Both the position numbers and the translations under genes were made by a program. Positions 36,854 through 48,508 of a DNA stretch of 64,000 nucleotides are shown in pieces. Position 1 is the stretch's first letter; each line of letters starts with the position of its first letter. The stretch is from Chrysemys picta bellii. Its lineage: Eukaryota. The notes beneath the pieces were generated by a model, which worked only from the letters and a program-made list of their open reading frames with translations, was not told the origin of the DNA and ran no database searches. Location of the stretch: positions 31,620,001 through 31,684,000 of the forward strand of contig NC_088796.1 of the NCBI RefSeq assembly GCF_011386835.1. Reading direction: 5' to 3'.

Positions 36854-38084
36854 GGGGGTAATACTGAACCATCTTTATAAAGTGCTTTGACATCTCCAGA
36901 TAAAGGTCCTGATCCTCAGCTGCTGATGATCTGGCACGGAAATGTGTTTTGTAAGTGTAAAGCACTACTATTACTATTACGATTTCCGGTAGGACAGCTG
37001 TCACTTCTCTGCGCTTACTTAACACATTACAAAGCATGAGTGTTTTGTCAAGTCACAATTATAGATAAAGAGAGGTTTATTAACCCATATTCTTCAAGTG
37101 TATTGCTTCTGCAGAGCTAAACTCCTGGGACATATAAGACAATAGAATATTAGTTCAGGCCCATCTAGAAAAGCACTACTATTCAGGGCCATGTGAGTAC
37201 ACCCTATGGATCCAAATATTGCCTTATTGTGGAAGAGATCATTAAAAAAGTACATCAGATGTTACACTGGCAAACGTGGTGCTTTGTCTCGTGCTTACTG
37301 ACACTAACCGTATTTCAGCAGCTCTCATTCCTAGATATCAAGACTTGCCTGTAGCATTGGCACCTTCCCCCATGGACCTTGCATTGCTTTGGTCACGCTA
37401 TAGGATATATAGCTCAATATTTCCATTAAGGTTGCTCATCAAACATACTAAAGTAGAGGTAGCAGTAAAAAGAGAAAACAGTTTCATGGGGAATAAAATT
37501 GAAATGTTGAAGTTGTTTCCATTTCCCTTGAATGGGAGAAGAAGGTGTTTGAATTTGATTTGGGCAGGGAGAAGAGAACAGGGAACCAATTTTTAGGGAT
37601 GTTCTAAGAGTAGCTTTATTCAGTCTCACAAGTGCAAAGTATATCTGGCCAGAATGTCTTGACAATTCTGAGCCCCACCATAGCAGATGAGTAAGTCTTC
37701 CAACCCAGGAGATAAATCATCTTTAGAAGTCTGTTGGTCTGTTACCTTCTGTCCATTCAGCTGCCTCTGAAATCACAAAGGATGAGTCAAACAATATTCC
37801 ATTTGCTCTTATAGCACCGCATAACAACTTTCTCTGCTACAACAGGAACTGAAGCAGGAATAAGACACAAGTTCTAAGTGGGGTCAGGGAGATATTTGCA
37901 AACTAGCAGTGATTAACTGACTGCAAGGAGAGTTGTGGATCTCTTAGTATCAGGCCACTTATTAATGACCCTAAATAAGGACATCAGGTGCCTAAGATTG
38001 AAAATGTGGTACCTGATTGCCATGTGATGATGGTGGGATAAAATAATACAGACAGACATTCATAAAGCCATCCTAGCACCTTGA

Positions 38085-38464
38085 GTTTTGGATCACTTGC
38101 TGTACACTGGTTAACAATTCAAATCCTGATTAGCACATTGGTAACAAAAAGCTGTTACTAGCCTATTTTACAGCCTCTGTGAAGCCTCAGTTGGTGATTT
38201 CAGTCTACTTCCTTTTGGACAAACACAACTGAATTGGCACTAATTGGCATTGTCAGCAGAGAGACAAGGATCTGAATGGGCCTGGAATATAAATTATAGC
38301 CTTCTACCACTAAAGCAGTGCTGGAGCTTGGTGACAGTACTTCGATGGTGTAGTGAGGAGAAGCTGGTACTGATATCTGCCTATGTCAAAACTCTTCTTA
38401 GGATAAGAGGAGAATTTCGATTTCCAGTGCTGCCAATCTGGGATCTTTCGTGAGCACAAATTTC
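38085..38464 (+). mobile_element. LF-SINE (ancient lobe-finned-fish SINE), near full length
   Basis: Recognised blocks: CTGTGAAGCCTCAGTTGGTGATTTCAGTC; TTGGCATTGTCAGCAGAGAGACAAGGATCTGAATGGGCC; TTTCCAGTGCTGCCAATCTGGGATCTTTCGTGAGCACAAATTTC. Matched from memory of the consensus, not aligned. Confidence 0.7.
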
Positions 38465-39285
38465 TTTAAAGGAAATAAAGGAAGCATTGTATTTATTTAT
38501 GTTTATAGTCTATGAAATCTAACAATAATGGTGGGGCTTAATGTTCCTCCAGATACTTTTATTATTTCCAAATGAACTGGTTTATTTGCTGCTATTCAGA
38601 TTCTCACTGACATTAACCCTATGATAAGATATTATCAACAGTCTCTTGCTCTTGATTGTAGAGTACTTGCCTTTGGAACTTGTACATTACCTCATTGACC
38701 TCAGATGTTAACTTGCTAGCACTGAAGATGTCTCTCAACCAGCACCTTTCCACTTAGCCTACATTGTGTTGTTTTCCTTTCATGTACTTGTACAATGTTG
38801 GGTATATTGGTTATGCTCCTCTACAGCACTATGATTCTCATTTTTTATGTCCTACATGAGTTTTGACTTGAAATAATACTGTTCAAAGATTTTACAGGAG
38901 AGTTTCCCGCTAAACTGCATCATGTTCTAATTCTTTTATTACATTTCTCCCACAATTATGGGTTCGTTGATTTAGTAGTTATCTTGCTTGCATTCCATCC
39001 TTCTGTGGTTTAACCCCTAGTACACAGATATTTTTCCAGCTTGCCAAGGAAATAGTTGCTTATGAGGATACATAAAATATTCAGGATTAACTGGCTTCTC
39101 TTGGTGAAGGACTACTGCACATCAGGAAGAAATCAGGTGTTGTTTGCATCTCAACTCTGTGCTGAGGTTTCTCCCCAGGTAAACAGCTTTCACTTGCAGA
39201 AAGTGCTCAATAGGAGCTGCTGCAACAGAGATTGCTCTAAGGATATGCTCAATCAATCATATTCCTTGTCCAGCCAGCACTAAGT

Positions 39286-39735
39286 CAGGGATGGCCAACC
39301 TGAGCCTGAGAAGGAGCAGAATTTACCAATGTACGTTGCCAAAGAGCCACAGTAATATGTCAGCAGCCCCCCATCAGCTTTCTCCCACCTCCGGCTCCCA
39401 GCGCCTCCCGCCCACCGGCAGCCCCGCCGATCAGCGTCTCCCTCTTCCTCCCAGCACCTCCCAATTAGCTGTTTCGTGGCGTGCAGGAGGCTCGGGGGGG
39501 GGGGGGGGGAAGGAAGAGGCGCGAGGACACAGCAGGCTCAGGGGAGGGGGCAGGAAGGGGTGGAGTGGGGGCAGGGCCTGTGGCAGAGCCAGGGGTTGAG
39601 CAGTGAGCACTCCCCGGCACATTGGAAAGTTGGCGCCTGTAGCTCCAGCCCCGGAGTCGGTGCCTGTAGAAGGAGCCGCATATTAACTTCTGAAAAGGTG
39701 CATGTGGCTCTGGAGCCAGAGGTTGGCCACCCCTG
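39286..39735. mobile_element. Non-autonomous hAT MITE with G-rich interior
   Basis: CAGGGATGGCCAACCT / AGGTTGGCCACCCCTG TIRs; exact 8-bp TSD CACTAAGT (39278-39285, 39736-39743). Confidence 0.93.
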
Positions 39736-40100
39736 CACTAAGTAGTTCTGCAGGCTCAGTGACAAAGCAGGAGATCTGGGGGTCTTGCAATACTGAAACC
39801 TTCCTCAGGGCAGACTTGCAGATGCTTCGGATGCTTCTACCCTTCTGCAAGCATAACCCTAAGATGAATCAAGCCCTATGTCACTAGTTTTCAATGAGTT
39901 TCCCAAAATATCTAAGGTGATGAGCTGAAGCATTTAACTTGTGACAACACATTAACATAGGTGTTGACAACTGGTTTCTTTTAATTGAGACCATGTGTAC
40001 ATATTTACATGGCAACGATTTGTGCTCATTCATGCATCATTTTTGAGCTATGTGACACACTCTCTTCATGAGGAAACTAGATTCTCTAGAATTATTCTTT

Positions 40101-40556
40101 TGTATTCAAACTGCAACAGGTGCAAAGAAGGCTACTAGGATGATTGGGAAATGAAGGACCTTCTTGTGAGAGGAGTCTAAAAGAGCTTGGCTTGTTTAGC
40201 CTAGCAAAAAGAGGTCTGAGAGGTGATATGACTGCTCTCCATAAATACATCAGAGGGGTAAATACGGAAAAGGGAAAGGAGCTATTTAAGCTAAAGGACA
40301 ATGTCAGCGCAAGAACAAATGAGTATAAACTGGCCATGAGTAAATTTAAGCTGGAAATTAGAAGAAGGTTTCTAAGCATCAGAGGAGTGAGGTTCTGTCA
40401 CAGCCTTCTAAAAGGAGTAGTGAGGTCAAAACACCTAATTAGTTTTAAGACAGAGCTTGAGAAATTTATGAATGGGATTGTATCATAGAGTTGCCTCCAA
40501 TAGCAGGGAACTGGACTCAACGACCCAGGAGGTCCCTTTCAGGCCTATGATTTTAT
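40101..40556 (+). mobile_element. CR1 LINE 3' fragment
   Basis: ORF 40144-40488 carries ERSLKELGLFSLAKRGLRGDM...YKL...KFKLEIRRRFLSIRGVRF (CR1 RT C-terminus); 3' end GGAGGTCCCTTTCAGGCCTATGATTTTATG. Confidence 0.92.
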
Positions 40557-43254
40557 GTTCAGAGTTAAACCTGTTTTCCATTGTTTTGTCTCTGTGTCTT
40601 CATTAGATGTTTTGAGGGTGAGGTTGTGGGATTAGTTTAGCCTTTCCTGGAAGACTTACTGCCTTTTGAGTGGTTTTCTTGTTTCATGTGGTATCTTAAA
40701 GTAGTTTCTTTAGATTTTAATAATATAATAATGACTACATGGCAACATAGATCTTTCCCATCTTCAGTGGCTATGATTTCATGAATACAGTCATGCAAAA
40801 AGAAAAGCAGAAAGTAATGAAAGAGCTAACTCACCTTCATCAGCAAATGCCAGGCTAGAGATGGACCCAGAGAAAGCTCTCAAGACCTCACTGCCCCCAG
40901 CCTTTGAACAAAGTTTCATCCACATCCAAATCCAGATCTGATTTTTTTTCAGATTCAGCTGCATATTCGTCAGCAGGTGATACAACAAGCCGCATCAGCA
41001 GAATCTCCTAAAAGATATAACAGTATCTGTGCATTTCAATTAAAAGAGTCTATAAGTGACATCACGAAAGAAAATCTTCTTTACGTTCCTATAGAGAATG
41101 TTCCTTGGACAATACTTTGAGTGTTGTTCATGAGGTAGCAAAAGAGACATGACTCAGATCCTCACCTGGAATAACGCCATTCACTTTAGTGCAGTAAAGT
41201 AAACTTCCTGTTTAGTTAATAGGTGTGTCCCGTCCCCCCAAAATTGTCTGTTATATAGTTGAATAAAGCAGTACATTCCCAGTTTGCAGTACTGTAAATA
41301 GACTGTGTTTCTTGCACTGTGAGTGGTCCCTTTACAAAAGCAGCTATGCTGATTTGCACCTGCTGAGGGCCTGAGCCATTGACTCCTAATTAAATCCAGG
41401 GCAAGATTCCTGTAGCAATAAGTTCTAAGGGATAAATTCAAGATTTTGCAGGATCTGACAATAACAGTGAAGAAAGTAATTCTAAAGCAGCTTATCTCAT
41501 TCATGTGTCAGCTGGGCCCTTCCTGTTGGATTACCCCCATGGGCAAAGCACTTTCTCGGCAGTTATCAATGGCAATTGTTAGGGGTCAACAAGACCCTTC
41601 ACTTTATCAGGATAACTGGGGATATAGCAGAAGGGAAGACTGCAAATTGCAGCATGTCCTTTCAGTCTCAATTTGACAGCATATTGATCTGGGCGAGCCA
41701 GCATTTCATTTGCATACAGCTCCATCCCAATAGTCAAAGCATTTTGAGGTTAGCTCATTTGATCTTTAGGCACTGATGCTCTGTATTCTTTATGAGTGAA
41801 TCTCAGGAAAGCTACTATACCTTTGGGAATTTGCAAATAAATTTAAATATTCAGAGCCATATTCTGCTCTGAGTTGCCTGGGGCCAACCCCAAGCATTTT
41901 CTAAAAGCATTACTGAAAGAACAAGAAATCAGTTGTTGGTGGCTAGCAGAGGAAGAAACCTACCACAGTTTCAAGTAAATCAGAGCCTGTGGTGAGCATG
42001 CATGGCTGCTGTCTACAGTGAGAGGCACAAGATATCACCACTTATTACTGTTTATGGTGGTTTATTTGTAAAGTTATGGATGCAAAATTATGTTTTTGGT
42101 TCATCTTGGCTGTACAGAGAAGTGGTACGATGGTATGGTCCGATATGGGATTATTATTATTAGTGTTAGAGTCATGTCTAGAGACCCAACCTGAGTCCTC
42201 ATTGTGTTAGGCACTGCATACCTGCATAATAAGAGACAGCCCCTACCACAAAGAACTTACAACCTACATATAAACAAGCCAGATAAAGGATGGGAGAAAG
42301 GAAATATCATTGTTTTTATTTTTCAGATGGGGAACTGAGGCAAAGTGAGATGAAATGACTAGCCCAAGGCTTTTTTGCAATCCTGTGGCAGAGGTGGGAA
42401 TTGAACTAAGGACCTCATTAAATTCATATTTTGCATTCTAGATGCTAGTGGCATTGAAGGGTACCTTATTTCTCACAAAGGACTTCAACAGAAAGTCTTG
42501 AGGAAGAACAATTCTAATGAAGACTCTGGACCTTTTTAGTGCTCCTATCCTGCTTCTGAGAAATTTTATTTTCTTAGTACCCAGATCAAATTCCCAAGCC
42601 AGAGTATAGTGAATGTGAGTGCAAATACTCAGTGGGGCCCTGTCTTGAATGAGACTTTCTTCTAATACACTTGTTTTTTAAATTACTTACCCAAAGCTAG
42701 GCAAGAAAAATGGATAGCAAGCTGTACAATCCAGGCTAGGAAGTGACAAAAATTGATTAACCTGAGCCCTCAGTTCCTCTGTTTCACCAGCCTTTTAGTC
42801 TGCAGCCTCACTGTTACTTAAGCAGTTTTAAAATGTAGTTCTATGAAATCTAGAGAAAGATAATATTTTTGTGAAGCACTTTAGTTAAATAGCTATCCAA
42901 GTTTATAGATTCTGTGTGGAAAGAGTACCCAGTAAACTACAAAGCAATGTAGTAAAAGAGACAAGCTAGGGACTGTAAGCTAGTGTTTATGCTGGTCTCT
43001 TCTTTTTACAATAGCCTGTAAAATAAAAGTCAGATTCCAATGGTAAATAACCATGGGAGAAACACCCTGAATAGAAGTAAAGTAAGAACATTTTACAATT
43101 TTAATGCAAGTGCACCCCCTCCCCCCCCCTCAGCCCCCCACAGTCACATTATTATCATTTGCATTACGGGTGTGCCAAGAAGTCCTAATTGAGAGAAGGC
43201 CCCCCATTGTGCAAGGTGCTGTCTGAACACATTATAAGAGAAGTTAAGTTAGGT

Positions 43255-44130
43255 TAGTAAAGGCTGGGGAGTGCCAGGCACTTTGGAGAGACCTAACCAA
43301 ACTAAATGAATGGGTAACATGTTGGCAGATGAAATTCAGTGTTGATATATGCAAATCAATGCACATTGGAGAGAATAACTTGAACTAATCATGCATTTTA
43401 TTGGGTTCTAAATTAATGGTATCAGATCAAGAAAAAAAACTCAGACATCACTATGAACAGCCCAGAGAAGATTTCTGTTCAGTGGTCAAAACCACAAAAT
43501 GTCAAGATGCATAGGCCATTCTATAAATAAATCATATACCCTGGTATGGAATGCTGTGTTCAGTTCTGCTCACTCCATCTCAGGGATGGTAGTGCAGAAA
43601 AGGGGGAATTTCAGAGATGGGTGACAAGGTTGATTAGGGGCATGGAGAACACTAATATGAATAGAGATTGAAAAGCATGGGACTGTTTGCCTTAGCAAGG
43701 TGATGAATAAGAGGAGACACGAGGCATGTATAAAAAGTTATGAATGTTGCAGAGAAGGTAGATTGGGAACTTCTACAATACAATACGAAATTAAATGACA
43801 TGGTATGAGACTGATAAACGAAAATATGTTTTTACACAGTGCACAATTAGCTTGTGGAACTCATTTCCACAAATATCATTGAGGCCAAAAACAAGTTGGA
43901 TTCAAAAAAGATTGGACATTTTATGTGCCTAACAAGAATGTTGAGAATAATAGTATTTTAAAGATAAACAAGAGCTTTGGAAGTGATATGAAGTTTCATG
44001 TATCCCTGATAAGGCAACCTATACTTACTGGGGGTGAGAAGGAACCAGTCCCTGAGGTAGCCTGTCCCATAACTGCCTTCTGAAGGATTTCATCCTCTGC
44101 AGCACTTGATACTGGTTGCTGTTAGAAACT
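43255..44130 (+). mobile_element. Older CR1 LINE fragment
   Basis: TGGCAGATGAAATTCAGTGTTGATATATGCAAATCAATGCACATTGG (W.MKFS.D.CK.MHIG) and downstream CR1 blocks; heavily decayed. Confidence 0.8.
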
Positions 44131-44134
44131 AGAC

Positions 44135-44305
44135 CGACACCCCAAAGAGAAAAGGCAGCCAAAGGGTGGGAGGAAAGGAGTATTGCTCTGGGGAGCTAAG
44201 GTACAGAGAGCCTTGCCCAAGGTCACACAGAAAGTCTGTGGCAGAGCTGGGAGCTGAGCAGAAATCGCCTGAGTTCCAGGCTAGTGTATTAACTATAAGA
44301 TGATT
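44135..44305 (-). mobile_element. MIR/CORE-type SINE fragment
   Basis: CCTTGCCCAAGGTCACACAGAAAGTCTGTGGCAGAGCTGGGA is the reverse CORE domain. Confidence 0.75.
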
Positions 44306-44371
44306 GTTTCTCCTACTTTGGGTCAAATTTAACCAGTGCCATTCCCCATGTCACCTCCCACACAGAGAGGG

Positions 44372-44448
44372 GTACCTGTAAGGTACCAGAATAAGGGCAT
44401 CTGCCCTGGCCCAGGACAGATGCCCTTATTCTGGTACCTTACAGGTAC
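44372..44448. repeat. 77-bp near-perfect palindrome
   Basis: 44372-44403 is the exact reverse complement of 44417-44448 (32 bp); after one mismatch CCTGG/CCAGG pair around a single C at 44410. Confidence 0.97.
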
Positions 44449-44703
44449 AACAGAGACCCCAAATGCCAAAGAAATTACTTGGTAGAAGACGTTAACCAAA
44501 AGCTCAAGTAGTGTCTGCAGCAGGAGCTGAGCTTATCTCACCTAAAAGTAGTTGCAGCTTGTCCTATAATCCCCACTAAACAGGACCCGGCAAAATTTCC
44601 CCATCTTTCCCGAAGCTCAACCTAGTTCCCTCTCAGTCCGCTAAGTGACAGCATCACACCGCTGTACAACTGCACGGGCCCGAGAAGGGATTCTTCTCCT
44701 CTC

Positions 44704-44736
44704 TGCTATTCCCACGTCGGCCACTAGGTAGCGCTG
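44704..44736 (+). promoter_or_regulatory. Candidate CTCF site with upstream (ZF9-11) motif
   Basis: TGCTATTCC, a 6-nt spacer, then GGCCACTAGGTAGCGCTG (one core mismatch). The spacing fits the known upstream-motif arrangement. Confidence 0.5.
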
Positions 44737-45685
44737 CTGCATCGGCTTTGTATCCTCACTAGGCACAGTCAAGGACTGTCCTTTCAGAGCCGGGAGAGAT
44801 TCAAACGCAAAGAAAATGTCTGTCGTTACAACAACACAAATAAAAAAGAGGAGAAGACATTTTAAACACCTCGCCCGTAAAACGGCGCTTTTATTCTTCA
44901 GGGTGATATTGTCATGGGGAAGCTTTTGGCCACAAATCTCCGGGGACGCTGAGCCTGGGATTCCCCAGCTTGTGCTCCTGGGAGGCAGGCTGGTATGTAG
45001 CTGTTATACATCCTTGGGGGTCTTAGGCAGTTCTGGGCTTAAATAAATCTTAGTAACCAGAGGCGAACAAGCTCCACATTAATCTTGTGCAATTAGCGTT
45101 ATAACCCTTGGCAGCCCAGCCACCACTAAAGACAAAGCTTTATGCAAAACACACTCCCCTCCCCACCCCTTTTCTCTCGCTCTCCCCGTCTCCCCCTCTC
45201 TCTGGGTCTCTGACGCTGTTTTTCCAGCCTGTTTTTAATGATACGGTACATTGAGTAACTTAAAATTAATGATAAGGTTCTTGACTAAAGAAAAGGGGGG
45301 AGGCTGTGCCATTCAGAGGGTTTAGCATTCAGAGCCTTGGCCACCTGCACTTGGCAGCATTGCCCAGCAAAGGACAGACTATATTATTGTGTGTTAGCTT
45401 TAGTGGCTGGGGGTCTGGGCTATGGAGTCTTCTCCAGCTACACTTTTGGGACAGCTTTAAGGGCAGGCGAGCTAGCTGCTGCTGGGAAGGGCTTCGCAGC
45501 CTGGAAGAAGGTATGGTCTCTGTGTGAATTAGGAGAGCAGAAACCCTGGAGTAAAGCACAGTTTTCAAGAAGCCGTCTACATCCTTGTGCTAGAGGGAAT
45601 AGCTGGTTTAAATGAGACAAGGGTTGGGGGAGAAGAGGGAGCCACTTTCTTGTGTCCAGAGAAGGAAAATCTATTTTAAGTGCGC

Positions 45686-45710
45686 GGGGGGGGGGGGGGG
45701 GGGGGGGGGG
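45686..45710 (+). repeat. G25 homopolymer
   Basis: Direct count of 25 G; a C13 tract lies at 45942-45954. Confidence 0.9.
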
Positions 45711-46049
45711 CTGGATTTTCTGCCGCATAGTTCACTCTTTGCATGAGCTGAATACATTTTGACTGGAACCTGGCTTGTTGCTTATGGCATCGACTCATTA
45801 CAGGATCCCTCGCCGTCTAATATTGAAACGTCAAAATACTATAGAAATAATCTACATTACTGGTAACAAAAGTCGTGCTTTGAATGGGGAGAGCTAGGCA
45901 GGGTTTTTTTCTGATGCTAGACTGAGGGTTGTTAGATACTTCCCCCCCCCCCCCGCTTTTACTGTAGCATCTAATGTTGTGGATGTTGTTATACAGAGTT
46001 CTATGGAATCCAATTGCAGAAAAAATATTACAATAACTGGATTTCCGAC

Positions 46050-46116
<67 letters not shown>
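46050..46116 (+). repeat. (ATCT)16 tetranucleotide microsatellite
   Basis: Uninterrupted ATCT x16 plus ATC. Confidence 0.97.
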
Positions 46117-46329
46117 CTGTCTGCTTTCCCCCCCACCCCCACCCCCCCCAAGAAGTTTAATACAGCGCAGGTCAAACGTTGCTGGCTTCAGACTGCAAAA
46201 TCATACGAATTCTTTTTACAAAAACTAGACTGAAACCCCCCCCAATTAACTGCACAACTGGTATGTATAAATAAAATCTTCATTTTATAGTGACGTGGAT
46301 GTGTTTTACTCTGCAGCCCCAGTCATTTA

Positions 46330-47560
46330 AACAGCACCTATCTGCTGCAGATAGAGTTACTATGCGCAGCCACCGTGGTGCGTCTGAAAATTCGTACAAA
46401 GCTTTGATTTATCCCCTTTCTATCAGTGATTAATGCACCGTAATTAGCTAATCTCAAAGCCATTATTTACAACTGGGGCAGACAAAGGGAAAAGCTGATG
46501 ATCCAGCACTTAAGTCACTTTGAAATTATGAAAACGCGAAGAAACGTTTGATTCTGGGTTTGGGACTGGACTGCCCATCCCAAAGTAGGCTTACCAGAAT
46601 AACAATAATAATCATCAAAACCCTCTTCGTTAATTCATTGGTTACTGCTGGTATTTTTTCAGCTGAAACCATGCCTGCTGCCTCGTTTTAATAAAAGATA
46701 CGGAACCACTGAAAGAAATAATCGCATTCTTATTACGCCTTTGTTAAAAAAAAATCTCTGCCATCCAAGTTTTCTCGATGTATTTATATACAGTTAAAAC
46801 GGGTGTGTTATATTTTTGTGTACTTTTCGGTGTTAATTACAGCTATAGGGGCACCGTGTGTGTAGCTGGGCAAATAGAACAGATATGTGTGTGGCACAGA
46901 AACCTACTCCGTGGATGCAGTGTGCGTAATCTGTATCTAAGGAGAGACACCGCTATCAGACACGTGTGTGGCTGGCTAAAGTAACTTCAAATCTGTCCTT
47001 TACGGCAAAGTTTAATTCAATGTAATTGAATTTTCGTTTCCAAGCCCTTCCCCACTGTAAAGTCCCCGCCTGCTCAATCAAAACAACACAGCCGCCGAAG
47101 GCAAATGCCTGCTGATGAAGGACAGGGTGCGTCCTTCCTCCGGAGCCCACTGGCTCCCCACTGCAATGTTACCCGGCGCTGCTACTCTCTTGCCAGCGCC
47201 GGCTTGGCAAGGCGAAGCCTCTTGGCTGGTAGCTCCGTGCCCCGGCGCTGCTGAGTCCAGAACCCCGCACTGAGGGGAGATGGAAAGACCGGCCAGGCCA
47301 CTCGAAGGAACCTGCTGGTTTCTGCATCGGGCTAATTACCCAGCGTCCAGCTCTCCCAGGGCTGTGAAAATTAGGAACCGCAGAAATCGGGATTTTGAAC
47401 GCATTCACCCGCACAGCCCTGCGCCTCCAATTGCTCGCATCTACCTTGCATTGCAATAGATTCCAAATAGCGAGCAAAGCCAGCGGGTTCAACACAAAGA
47501 TGTATTCTTGTCTCCGTGCAAAAGCTGGGTATTGACTCTCTTGTTGTTCAGTCCTGATGC
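46330..47560. promoter_or_regulatory. CpG-island-like, repeat-free regulatory region
   Basis: CpG density is visibly higher than in the flanks outside young TEs; no TE signature; clustered homeodomain/TCF motifs at 46402-46524. CpG observed/expected not computed. Confidence 0.6.
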
Positions 47561-48508
47561 CTCCTTCATAAACGTTTTGTAGAAAAGACCCAAATGCATT
47601 AAACATTTAAAACCCTTTGGTTGTGAAAATCCTAGCCGTAATAATAATACTGCAGACAGCTGAAAATACAATAAAGCTTTCGTTTGATCTTGGATCAAAA
47701 AAAAGGGGGGGGGGGACTATATGGAGATATGACTAAAGAGCGAAATAAGTAATTAGGTTAGAAATATAATCATGGGGAATGGGAGAGCGAGAGGCAAAGC
47801 AAATGTGTCCAGGGTATGGTGTGAACACGCGTTTACTGTTCACATGAAAAGAGGTTCAAAGGTTCTTTGTTCCAATGAGGTTAGAGAGAGGCACAAAAAT
47901 CTTATCACTTAAAATGAAACAAACACACAAGCAAACAAAACCCGTGGGGGAATGAAGATTAGGATCCAAACAACCTCTCCACCCTATTTATCTTTTCTAG
48001 TGGAAAAATCTGCAGCCCTTTCAGGTCCTACCCACCACTCCAACCAAACAATGAATTAAAGATGATCACCTCGTACTTAGTGTACCAGGGAAAATGTCAC
48101 AAAAATGGGAAGAATTCATCGTTGGAGGAAAGTGAAACATTATTTTAATATTCAAAGGCGCATGATACTGCCTCTCCGAGAGGACTAAAATACATTTTTA
48201 ATAGGCATAATTAAATTAGCATCATATGTGCTTGGTGATATTTAGCCCTTAGATAAACGAACGAAATCGCTAAACTCGTAGAATTTCGCAGGGAATTTTA
48301 TTTATGAAAATGTACGTGTTTGTCCTAAATTAAATCATAGGGAAAGGGCGGGGTTGGGGGACATCTGTTTAATTTTAAGCAATAAATGCGCAGGATCTGT
48401 GGCTGTTGGGGTTTTCCATCTTTAGAGATTATCAATCCCTTCCCCCTTTTCAATTCTACTGGAAAGAAATGGATCAGGAATGGTATCAAGGAGGATTAGT
48501 CATTTATA

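Noticed and set aside
40826-40975. Isolated exon-like splice signals (minus-strand GTGAGT donor; plus-strand T8CAG acceptor)
   Set aside because: No matching partner site giving a convincing open exon.
47169-47606. 145-aa minus-strand ORF in the CpG island as a host gene
   Set aside because: No homeobox, bHLH, zinc-finger or other recognisable domain; long ORFs are expected by chance in GC-rich DNA.
47821-47829. 9-nt match to the start of miR-124-5p on the minus strand
   Set aside because: The match stops after 9 nt, and there is no hairpin or mature arm.
48375-48385. 11-nt match to the start of miR-137 on the minus strand
   Set aside because: The rest of the mature sequence and the precursor are absent.
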